From Macrostomum lignano (taxonomy: Eukaryota), in NCBI GenBank assembly GCA_002269645.1, contig NIVC01001192.1, positions 62,001 through 126,000 on the forward strand: a stretch of DNA of 64,000 bases. Direction: 5' to 3'. The translations under genes were made by a program, and so were the position numbers. Of this stretch, positions 1 to 12,600 are shown piece after piece (the stretch's first letter is position 1; each line of letters begins with the position of its first letter). The notes under the pieces were generated by a model that searched no databases, had not been told where the DNA came from, and was given only the letters and a program-made list of their open reading frames with translations.

Positions 1-691
<691 letters not shown>

Positions 692-699
692 CCCCACAG

Positions 700-3600
700 G
701 CTGGTCCCCCTGGTCAGAATGGTCTGTGTGCAACACCACCTCCACCTGCGGCCCTGGAGTCAGACAGCGCACTCGAACCTGTGCCAACGGCGGTGTCATC
801 GGCACCGACTGTCGCGGCAACGCCGTGGAAAGCACTCCCTGCAACTCCGTGTCCTGCTCTCGTGAGTTCTAAGAAATCGGTGTGTCTGAGAGATGAAAAT
901 ATTAAAGATGAAAGATGGAACAGTCAGTTTCCAATAACCATCAATCATTCCGCAGTCCAAGGCGCTCCGGTGTCTCTGAATCCCGTCACGTTCGAGGTGA
1001 TGACGCTGGGCAAAGGCTACGTGCAGATCTACAGCGACTTGCTGGATAAAACTGGCTACGTCTGCTCTGACGGATTCGACAACGACAAGGAGGGCGCCGT
1101 GGTCTGCCGCTCGCTTGGATTCGACGGCGTTCAGGAGCTGCCCGGTCTGCGCTTTCACGCTGGGTGTCTTTTGGGTGCCCGCTCCTATGGGTGTCTTTTG
1201 GGTGTCCTCTCTCTAGGGTGTCTGTCTGCTCCTTTGGGTGTCTTTTGGGTGTCCTCTCTCTGGGGTGTCTGTCTGCTCCTTTGGGTGTCTTTTGGGTGTC
1301 CGCTCTCTGGGGTGTCTGTCTGCTCCTTTGGGTGTCTTTTGGGTGCCCGCTCTCTGGGGTGTCTGTCTGCTCCTTTGGGTGTCTTTTGGGTGTCCTCTCT
1401 CTGGGGTGTCTGTCTGCTCCTTTGGGTGTCTTTTGGGTGTCCTCTCTCTGGGGTGTCTGTCTGCTCCTTTGGGTGTCTTTTGGGTGTCCGCTCTTTCAAA
1501 TGTTTCCGTTACGTTGGGTCCCCCCTTCACTGGGTCCACACCATTGAGTGTCTACTCCGTTGGGTGTCCACTCCATTAGGTGTCCCTTGTGTGATGATGT
1601 ATAGAATATCAAAACCGCCTTGCAGCTACGAGCTCCCTGCCAGCCATGCCGGACTCGCCGCTCTACCTGCTGAGCAAGCTGGAGTGCACGGGAGCTGAGG
1701 GCACTCTGCAGTCTTGTCCGCACTCACCCTGGTCCAACTCTACGACCTGCGACAGCGGCCGGGCGGCCTACGTGCTCTGCAAAGGTGAGGCTGGGTTGAA
1801 CTAGGAGTAGGCTTAAGGAAGTCAGTGTGCTGCCTGAAATGGTCTGTGCAAGTCTTTGTACGGTGTCTGTGAAGGTCTCTGTGCGGTGTCTGTGAAGGTC
1901 TCTGTGCAGTGTCGGTGGCGTTCTCTGTGCAGTGTCGGTCGGTGGAGCTCTCTGTGCGGTGTCGATGGTTCGGCGGCGCTCTCTATGCGGTGTCGGTGGA
2001 GCTCTCTGTGCAGTGTCGGTGGAGCTCTCTGTGCAGTGTCGGTGGCGTTCTCTGTGCAGTGTCGGTGGAGCTCTCTATGCGGTGTCGGTGGCGTTCTCTG
2101 TGCAGTGTCGGTCGGTGGAGCTCTCTGTGCAGTGTCGGTGGAGCTCTCTGTGCAGTGTCGGTGGAGCTCTCTGTGCAGTGTCGGTGGCGTTCTCTGTGCA
2201 GTGTCGGTGGAGCTCTCTGTGCAGTGCAGTGTCGGTGGTGCTCTCTGTGCAGTGTCGGTCGGTGGAGCTCTCTGTGCAGTGTCGGTGGAGCTCTCTGTGC
2301 AGTGTCGGTGGAGCTCTCTGTGCAGTGTCGGTGGCGTTCTCTGTGCAGTGTCGGTGGAGCTCTCTGTGCAGTGCAGTGTCGGTGGTGCTCTCTGTGCAGT
2401 GTCGGTGGAGCTCTCTGTGCAGTGTCGGTGGAGCTCTCTGTGCAGTGTCGGTGGAGCTCTCTGTGCAGTGTCGGTGGAGCTCTCTATGCGATGTCGGTGG
2501 AGCTCTCTGTGCAGTGTCGGTGGAGCTCTCTGTGCAGTGTCGGTGGAGCTCTCTGTGCAGTGTCGGTCGGTGGTGCTCTCTGTGCGGTGTCGATGGTTCG
2601 GCGGCGCTCTCTATGCGGTGGGTCGGTTGTGCACTAGGGTTCACCCAAGGACAGAGACAAAAGACAGAATGGAAAATTTCGACTTTATGTCGCTCACCAG
2701 CTCAAACTAAATTTCGGGCATTGGCAGTGAACGGCCGCTGGAGCGCCTGGGAAAACTGGGAGAGCTGCGAAGGCAAATGCGGCACCGCTACCAGAAACCG
2801 CAACCGCACGTGCACGAACCCGCGACCTCTGGGCGGCCTCAACTGCGACGGAGACGGCTTCCAGGAGGCCCCGTGTCCCGGCCTGTCACCCTGCCCAGGT
2901 AAATAGGAGCCGAGTCGCTGCGAGCGGATCGCGGTGACCTCAGATGACCTCATATATTGCCTTATAATCTGAAATAAAGAAATATTTTTCCGTACCAGTA
3001 ACCGTATTCACGACAGCGTTTTGTTTAAGGTTACAAAGCTTTAACTAGAGTGGGGTCACATTTTCAACATGGTATACTGGACTAAAATCACCAGAGTGTT
3101 CTTTGCCGTGAATCACTGACTAGACTTCTTCCCCAGTTTATTTTATAATCAAACCAATAGACGTTTATCGCTTTTGTTTATTGAAACCTACTTTACCAGA
3201 ATACCTGAAAGCACGAAAATATAACCGCGTGTGTGCCGCACAGACTTTGTTTCGTATCTGGATAACCTAAGTTCAATTTGTCTCACCTCTGCAAAATCAC
3301 GTTTGCGATTCTGGGACCGCAATTATTTCTTAACTGCGTCCACTGGCATCGAAAGCCAACTAAACCAAATTTTCACCAGAGTGCCTTTTTGAAGTGTGTT
3401 TTTATTTGATTTATTTTCGTTTGAGTGCAGTGGGGCACACAGTTAAACAAAAATAAGTTAGTATTGATAGCTATTGTGGATACGTTGGAAACTAGCGAAG
3501 GGAACGTTTTATTATAAAACAATAACATGCGGTGGGTGCATCGGAGTGAGGTGGGTGCATCGTAGTGAGGTGGATGCAGCGTAGTGAGGTGGATGCAGCG

Positions 3601-6600
3601 TAGTGAGGTGGCTGCAGCGTAGTGAGGTGGATGCAGCGGAGTGAGGTGGATGCAGCGGAGTGAGGTGGGTGCATCGTAATGAGGTGGATGCAGCGTAGTG
3701 AGGTGGATGCAGCGTAGTGAGGTGGCTGCAGCGTAGTGAGGTGGATGCAGCGGAGTGAGGTGGATGCAGCGGAGTGAGGTGGATGCAGCGGAGTGAGGTA
3801 GATGCAGCGTAGTGAGGTGGGTGCAGCAGAGTGAGGTGGATGCAGCGGAGTGAGGTGGATGCAGCGTAGTGAGGTGGGTGCAGCAGAGTGAGGTGGATGC
3901 AGCGTAGTGAGGTGGATGCATTGGAGTGAGGTGGATGCAGCGTAGTGAGGTGGATGCAGCAGAGTGAGGTGGATGCAGCGTAGTGAGGTGGGTGCATTGG
4001 AGTGAGGTAGGTGCATTGGAGTGAGGTGGGTGCATTGGAGTGAGGTGGGTGCATTGGAGTGAGGTGGGTGCATTGGAGTGAGGTGGGTGCATTGGAGTGA
4101 GGTGGGTGCATTGGAGTGAGGTAGGTGCATTGGAGTGAGTTTGAAGGAAAGAAATGAATGGCAGAGTAGAGTTAAACGCGGAGCGTGATTATTGGTTAGT
4201 ATTAAAGATCAATGGGTGAAATATAGCTCGTATTTACCTGATTCTGAAGCGTCAATAAGATTTAGCCAGGAATAAAGTACCACGAGAGACACGAGTGATT
4301 CTGGCTCTATCACAGTTGCAGTAAGAGTATTTTAACATATACAAGCGTATTGAACATACTGGGTTGTTGAAATTTAGCTCGTGGACTGTGTTGACTCAAT
4401 TAAAAACTCAGTATTTATTAATCAAAATACGGGTCAGACATGAGCAAAGTAATTAAAAGTAATATCAGTTTGTACTCGCGGTCCATTGGTCTGCATCTGA
4501 ATACAAAAACTCTATCCAGTGGACGGATCGTGGACCCAGTGGTCGGCCTGGCAGACCTGCAGCGCCCTGTGCGGTGGCGGCACCAAAACCAGGCAGCGCA
4601 ACTGCACGGCGCCACAGTTCGGCGGGGCGGACTGTGTTGGCAGGAATTCGGAGACCGCCACCTGCAACACCGATCCGTGTCCCAGTGAGTGCTTGAATAG
4701 CGTCTTTAGCGGCGGTTCTGTACGTCTTAAATTATGGCGTGGCGTTCTCGCGCGATATTGGGTCTGACTATCGCGCGATATTGGGTCTGACTCTCGTGTG
4801 ATATTGGGTCTGACTCTCGTGTGATATTGGGTCTGACTCTCGTGTGATATTGGGTCTGACTCTCGTGTGATATTGGGTCTGACTCTCGTGTGATATCGGG
4901 TCTGACTCTCGCGCGATATTGGGTCTGACTTTCGTGTGATATTGGATCTGACTCTCGTGTGATATTGGGTCTGACTCTCGTGTGATATTGGGTCTGACTC
5001 TCGTGTGATATTGGGTCTGACTCTCGTGTGATATTGGGTCTGACTCTCGTGTGATATCGGGTCTGACTCTCGCGCGATATTGGGTCTGACTTTCGTGTGA
5101 TATTGGATCTGACTCTCGTGTGATATTGGGTCTGACTCTCGTGTGATATTGGGTCTGACTCTCGTGTGATATTGGGTCTGACTCTCGTGTGATATTGGGT
5201 CTGACTCTCGTGTGATATTGGGTCTGACTCTCGTGTGATATTGGGTCTGACTCTCGCGCGATATTGGGTCTGACTCTCGCGCGATATTGGGTCTGACTCT
5301 CGTGTGATATTGGGTCTGACTCTCGTGTGATATTGGGTCTGACTCTCGCGCGATATTGGGTCTGACTCTCATGTGATATTGGGTCTGACTCTCGTGTGAT
5401 ATCGGGTCTGACTCTCGCGCGATATTGGGTCTGACTCTCGTGTGATATTGGGTCTGACTCTCGTGTGATATTGGGTCTGACTCTCGTGTGATATCGGGTC
5501 TGACTCTCGCGCGATATTGGATCTGACTCTCGCGCGATATTAGGTCTGACTCTCGTGTGATATTGGGTCTGACTCTCGTGTGATATTGGGTCTGACTCTC
5601 GTGTGATATTGGGTCTGACTCTCGTGTGATATTGGGTCTGACTCTCGTGTGATATTGGGTCTGACTCTCGTGTGATATCGGGTCTGACTCTCGCGCGATA
5701 TTGGGTCTGACTCTCGTGTGATATTGGATCTGACTCTCGTGTGATATTGGGTCTGACTCTCGTGTGATATTGGGTCTGACTCTCGTGTGATATTGGGTCT
5801 GACTCTCGCGCGATATTGGGTCTGACTCTCGCGCGATATTGGGTCTGACTCTCGTGTGATATTGGGTCTGACTCTCGTGTGATATTTGGTCTGACTCTCG
5901 CGCGATATTGGGTCTGACTCTCATGTGATATTGGGTCTGACTCTCGTGTGATATTGGGTCTGATTCTCCTGTAATATCGGGGTCATTATTGTATGCTGCA
6001 GGGGTCATTGTCATGCATTACTGCGGTCATTCTTGTCTCAGTCTTCTCTTATTATCGAGAATTTTTGCTGCTACCACAATTTTGAACTGTCGTATTCTGA
6101 TAATATTTTCTTTTTAAAATACGATTTAAAATTTCTTGTTCACTAGCCTAACTCCAGCCTATTTTTGATTGGCTGGCTTGCTCTAACATTGTCCTTCCCC
6201 GAGCCTTCCTCTGATTGGTCACCCGCCTCTAGTCCTTCCCCAAAGCCCACAACCTCAGAAACCTTCAACCTGTTTGAACTTTGCTCGGCCCACTCAGACA
6301 AAAAAGAACTTTAGAGTTAAAGTGCACGGAGCACTGCTGACCTTCAAATGTCATCAAGTGAATCAAGCATGACTGGAGGCAATCACAAAAAAGATCAAGG
6401 AACTGCACCATGCGGCTTGGCAAGGCTGGGCGCTTCGCGACAAGATTCTGCGATTAAAAAATGTGCGTTTTCTTCAAAACCCAAAACTTAACCGATTTTT
6501 CCTACGAGTCACGTGACTGGCAGCTGCAATTTTCCTCGGATACTACTACATGCAACTGTTTTTCCTTATCACCATGGTAACAATGCAAGTATTGGTTTTT

Positions 6601-9600
6601 TCCTTTAAAAATTTCCTCCATGATTTATCAAAATATTTGATCAAGCAGAATGGCTTTTCATTTGGTACACGTTTTCTTGCAACAGCAATGCAAAAATTAT
6701 GAAATGTTGAACATGATCTTTCATTTGTCTTGCAGTTGACGGCTATTATTTGGCCTGGTCAGACTGGGAGGCCTGCAGCGTCACCTGCAGCGGCGGCCAG
6801 CAGAGGCGAACCCGGACCTGCGTGCCACCGGCCAATTCGGGCAAGCCGTGCGATGGCCCGGCAACCGAGTCTCGCACCTGCGGGATGCAGAAATGCCCAG
6901 GTGAGGGGAAGCAAGGTGGAAGTTGGTCTTTTTCCCGAGTCTCGCACCTGCGGGATGCAGAAATGCCCAGGTGAGGGGAAGCAAGGTGGAAGTTGGTCTT
7001 TTTCAGTCGATATATTGCCTTCAACCCAGGACAAAAGGTACTGGTCAAGGAATGCAAAACCTTCTGTTTGGTCTGGCAAGTAAATTCCAGTAATTATGAA
7101 ACTGATTCGCTTCTGTTGATATACGGCTAGGCTTTTTCTATTTTTCTACAGATATGTAGCGCTTTTCTGATTATATCGTTCTTTTATGCATCTGCACCCT
7201 GTTCCTGTATTTATCCAGCTATATCATGTATATATCCAACTATATCTTATCTTCATCAAAGAATCTCTCCATCCTCCCTCAGTGGACGGCGCCTGGGGCG
7301 GCTGGTCGGCCTGGAGCGGCTGCAACGCCACCTGTGGCGGGGGCCGATCGGCTCGGACGCGCCAATGCGACAGTCCGGTTCCGCTGTACGGCGGCGCCCA
7401 GTGTCCGGGCCCGGCCACCGAACTGCTGCCCTGCAATACAGCCAACTGTCCCGGTGTGTGTCCCGGACAGGACAAGATAGTGCGAATCGAATTAGGGAGA
7501 TGCTTCTGATCGGTTCAATAATCGATTGATTGACAGATAATTCGCGCCCGTTTTAAGCAGGTGGTGCAGCAGGTTTAGAAGCCACTGGCGCAATGGTCGG
7601 ATAGATGAACTGTTGAAAGACGAGCTTCAGAAGAAAAAGAGCACGACATACTATCCTAACCGAGCAATGCTTTGCCATTCACCCAGTCCCATTTACCCCA
7701 GCACTCCATTAGCTCGTACCCCCACTCTCTCAGCTCCTCCGGCCCCATTAATTAGCCTCATTACCCCCACTCTCTCAGCTCCTCCGGCCCCATTGACCCA
7801 GCACTCATTGCCCCCACTCTCTCAGCTCCCAGCCCCATTAACCCAGCACCCCAATTACCCCCCACTCTCTCAGCTCCTCCAGACCCATTGACCCAGCACC
7901 CATTACCCCCACTCTCTCAGCTTCTCCGGCCCCATTAACCCAGCACCCCATTACCCCACTCTCTCAGCTTCGGCCCCATTAACCCAGCACCCCATTACCC
8001 CACTCTCTCAGCTTCGGCCCCATTAACCCAGCACCCCATTACCCCACTCTCTCAGCTTCGGCCCCATTAACCCAGCACCCCATTACCCCACTCTCTCAGC
8101 TTCTCTGGCCCCATTAACCCAGCACCCCATTACCCTCACTCTCTCAGCTTCTCCGGCCCCATTGACCCAGCACTCATTGCCCCCACTCTCTCAGCTCCCA
8201 GCCCCATTAACCCAGCACCCCAATTACCCCCCACTCTCTCAGCTCCTCCAGGCCCATTGACCCAGCACCCATTACCCCCACTCTCTCAGCTTCTCCGGCC
8301 CCATTAACCCAGCACCCCATTACCCCACTCTCTCAGCTTCGGCCCCATTAACCCAGCACCCCATTACCCCACTCTCTCAGCTTCTCCGGCCCCATTAACC
8401 CAGCACCCCATTACCCCACTCTCTCAGCTTCGGCCCCATTAACCCAGCACCCATTTACTCTATTATCTCAGCTCCAGTACCGCAACCCGCTGTCCCCAGA
8501 ATTCCATTTTACTTTCTTTTCAATTTCACTTTGCTTTTTTTCTTGAAGTAGATTTTGTGCTCATGGAGCAGTCGTACAAAATCAGTTAAATCTTATATCC
8601 CCCAGTCGACGGGGTGCTCACTGACTGGACTGCCTATTCGAACTGTTCTAAAACCTGCGGCGGCGGCAGCAAGACCCGCAAGCGCTCCTGCATCGGTCCG
8701 TTCTACGGCGGAGCAGCTTGCGACGGCCCGTTAGACGAGACAATTGCCTGTAATTCGCAGCCCTGCCCCGGTGAGCTGCTGCTGGCTTTGACTGCTGCTT
8801 ACTTTCCAGTATAGAGTCGTCGAGGAAGCTCATCTTAGAGCCCAGGATATTGATCTATGGACACCTATAATTCGACGGGCAATGAATTTAGTAAAGACGA
8901 GTGGAACTCCTCCTTCGGAGGAGAAAGGGGAAGAACTCCCATAACCGGAATTCCATTCCCTGAAATCAATCAGCTGAAATTCCATGATTTGAATCCCATT
9001 GTCCAAATCATCTCCAAATCCTCTGTAAAGCCTTTCAAATACCTGCGCCCTGCGCTCTTATTTTTTACCCTCTTCTTTCTTCTCACTAATTACTCCTCTC
9101 TACTCTTTCATCTCTCATCTCTGATCTTTCATCTCTAATCTCTCTCCTCTCTCCCTTCTCTCGCTTCTCTCTCCTCTCTACTCCCTTGTTTATCTCTTTT
9201 CCTTCGTCTTGCGTGTCTACTCTCTCCTGTCTCCTCTCTCCCAGCTCTTCTCTCTTATCTCTACCCTCTTCTCTCTTCTCTCCTCTCTCATCTCTCATCT
9301 CATTTCTCATCTAAACAAGAGAAAAGAGAGATACCTTCAGGATACAATGGCAGATTCCTTCAGGATAGAATGAGAGCTCCGTTCAGGATACAATGACAGA
9401 TTTCTTCAGGATAGAATGAGAGATTCCTTCAGGATAGAATGAGAGCTCCCTTCAGGATAAAATGACAAATTCATTCAGGATAGAATGAGAGATTCCTTCA
9501 GGATAGAATGAGAGATTCCTTCATGATAAAATGGAAGATTCCTTTAGGATAGAATGAGAGATCCTTTCAGGACAGAATGAGAGATCCCTTTAGGACAGAA

Positions 9601-12600
9601 TGAGAGATCCCTTCAGAATAGAATGAGAGATCCCTTAAGAACAGAATGAAAGATCCTTTCAGGATAGAATAAGAGATCCTTTCAGGATAGAATGACAGAT
9701 CATTTCAGGATAGAATGAGAGATCCCTTCAGGATAGAATGAGAGATCCCTTAAGAACAGAATGAGAGATCCTTTCAGGATAGAATGAAAGATCCCTTCAG
9801 GATAGAATAAGAGATCCTTTCAGGATAATGACAGATCCTTTCAGGATAGAATGAGAGATCCCTTCAGGATTGAATGGAGAGCGCCCTATGTTACACCAAC
9901 ACCCACTCCATCAATTAGTTGACGGCCAGTGGAGCACCTGGACCAAGTGGAGCAACTGCAGCGTCACCTGCGGCGGCGGCAGCCGGCAGCGGAGCAGGCA
10001 GTGCAACAGCCCCGGCCCGGCTCACGGTGGCAGAGACTGTGTCGGCGAGCCTAAAGAGACCGAATCCTGCGCCACGGATAACTGTCCAGGTGCGGGTGTA
10101 GGAAATATTGAAGGGATGGCATTTAGAAACGATCAACCAACGCCATTCTCCCAAACTCCATATCCCATTTTGTCCAGTACACGGCTACTACAAAGACTGG
10201 TCAGCCTGGTCCGCCTGCACCAAGACCTGTGGCGGCGGCAACAGGAATCGAACTCGCGAATGCGTGCCACCGAAGTTCGGCGGACTCGACTGCAGCGGCG
10301 GAGGCTCGCAGACTGAGGCTTGCATGACTCAGGCCTGTCCCAGTGAGAACGGAAACGATGAAGCTGTCTTTTGGGGGATGCTGGGAAGTTTTGTGATTTC
10401 TATGCTGCCAAAATGCTCCCAAAGGTTACAAAGCGCTGTGCTTACAGTTTTTGTGTACGATTTTTTTTTTACATTTTTTATAACAAACATTCAAAAGTCA
10501 GCAGTTTTTCAGTTGTAGCTTCCAGTAGGGAATCTCAAGGGAATTCGTGGATTAAACAAATGCAATAACTTTGGTAAGGCTCTCAATTTTTTGTCCTTCT
10601 TATTCTTTGTTTTCCTTTTCACATTTTTTTAGTTTCGCTTTACAAACTCACAAGGACTTTGAATATCCGACGATTGCGCCACAGTGTTAGATAGTTTCCC
10701 GACGCCATTTCCATAAGCTTTTTTTACAATCGAAGAACTTTCGAATTTGCTTGCATCACCTGCGATAAATGGTTTGATCCTTCTTTTTAGATGATAAAGT
10801 AAGAAAACTAATTTTAGTATATGGACTAGCAATCTGCGCCCCCTTTGGGGGAGGCAACAAATGAGGGATGATTTTTTTTAATAAACTACATGTACAGTCA
10901 CTATTGTTAATATCTTAAAGCAAAGGATCGAGCAAAGGCTAGATATCAGATCCTCTATGGGTTTTGACTCAAAGCATCTGAGCAACCTCCATGAGCCAAC
11001 CAGCATTTTAGCGATTCCTCCATGAGCCTTGACACCTTAGCAATCCCCCATGAATCTTTTATAGTCCCCACGTGAGCCAAAACTTGATAAGTCGTACTTA
11101 TTTTTTATTATTCGGTGATAGTCAGGGTGAAATAAATGAACTTAAAAATCTTAAGCGGGACTTATCTTAAATCTTAAATCTTATGCAATTTAATTTTAAA
11201 GTAAAAGTTTCAATTTGAAAAAACACATCAGCTTCCGACAGTAGCAGAATAATGTTTTCTTTGCAAGCATGTTTCTTTATTGATTTCACCACCTCCGCCT
11301 CTAGTGGATGGGTATTACAGCGCCTGGTCTGCCTGGTCCACCTGCACCCGCTCCTGCGGGGGCGGCGGCATCCACTCGCGCACCCGACACTGCGTGCCGC
11401 CGCAGTTTGACGGACGGGACTGCGACAGGGCTGACACCGTTGAGACGCAGACTTGCATGCCGCAGCCCTGCCCGAGTGAGCTGGGGCTGGGAGGGAGGAG
11501 CGAAGAGAGGGAAGAGAGGAGTGAAGAGAGGGAAGAGAGGAGTGAAGGGAGGGAAGAGAGGAGTGAAGAGAGGGAAGAGAGGAGTGAAGGGAGGGAAGAG
11601 AGGAGTGAAGAGAGGGAAGAGAGGAGTGAAGGGAGGGAAGAGAGGAGTGAAGAGAGGGAAGAGAGGAGTGAAGGGAGGGAAGAGGGGAGTGAAGGGAGGG
11701 AAGAGAGGAGTGAAGGGAGGGAAGAGAGGAGTGAAGGGAGGAAGAGAAGAGTGAAGGGAGGGAAGAGAGGAGTGAAGGGAGGGAAGAGAGGAGTGAAGAG
11801 AGGGAAGAGAGGAGTGAAGGGAGGGAAGAGAGGAGTGAAGGGAGGGAACGAAGGAGTGAAGGGAGGGAAGAGAGGAGTGAAGGGAGGGAAGAGAGGAGTG
11901 AAGGGAGGGAACGAAGGAGTGAAGGGAGGGAAGAGAGGAGTGAAGGGAGGGAAGAGAGGAGTGAAGGGAGGGAAGAGAGGAGTGAAGGGAGGGAAGAGAG
12001 GAGTGAAGGGAGGGAAGAGAGGAGTGAAGGGAGGGAAGAGAGGAGTGAAGAGAGGGAAGAGAGGAGTGAAGGGAGGGAAGAGAGGATTGAAGGATGGGAA
12101 GGGCCGAGAGGGTAGGTAATAAGTGAAGTGAGGGGAGAAACTTGAAGGTAGAGTGGAGAAAAGTGAAATGTCTACTGAAAAAATGAAACCAGTTCAGTGA
12201 AGATTCGACAGATAAACAATAAATTTATTGAGCCTTGACAACGATTGCAAACCCGCAGTTGACGGAGTGTGGTACAGTTGGTCGGTCTGGAGCGGCTGCA
12301 GCGCCACTTGCGGTGCCTCCGTCCGCACTCGCGAAAGAAACTGTAAACAGCCGGAGTTTGGCGGCAGTCCGTGCCAGGGAGACTCGGTGGAGACGCAGCC
12401 CTGCACCACGGCAGCTGATTGCCCAGGTGAGGCGGCTGCAGCGAGGCAATGTCGGGCATCTCAGGCACCGTACATATTGTTCACAAGGTACAATGAACCT
12501 TTGCTCATTGAAGAACCTTGAAGAAATGTCACAAATTTCTTCAAGGTTGTGAAGCTTCGAGCTTGTGAAATCCAGATCTTATAAAAATGCTCCATCACCA

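Noticed and set aside
4745-5965. Regular 23-bp repeats resembling a CRISPR array
   Set aside because: Head-to-tail monomers with no unique spacers and no cas genes, in a eukaryotic intron; the same applies to the other arrays.
781-6014. Long ORFs of 200-500 aa (781-1698, 1856-2906, 3373-4130, 4512-6014)
   Set aside because: They are translations of intronic minisatellites whose unit lengths are not multiples of 3; only the short exon parts are real.
11280-12119. EEREERS/VKGGKRG low-complexity protein extension
   Set aside because: It lies after a canonical GTGAGC donor at 11476, and the next TSP1 exon continues in phase.
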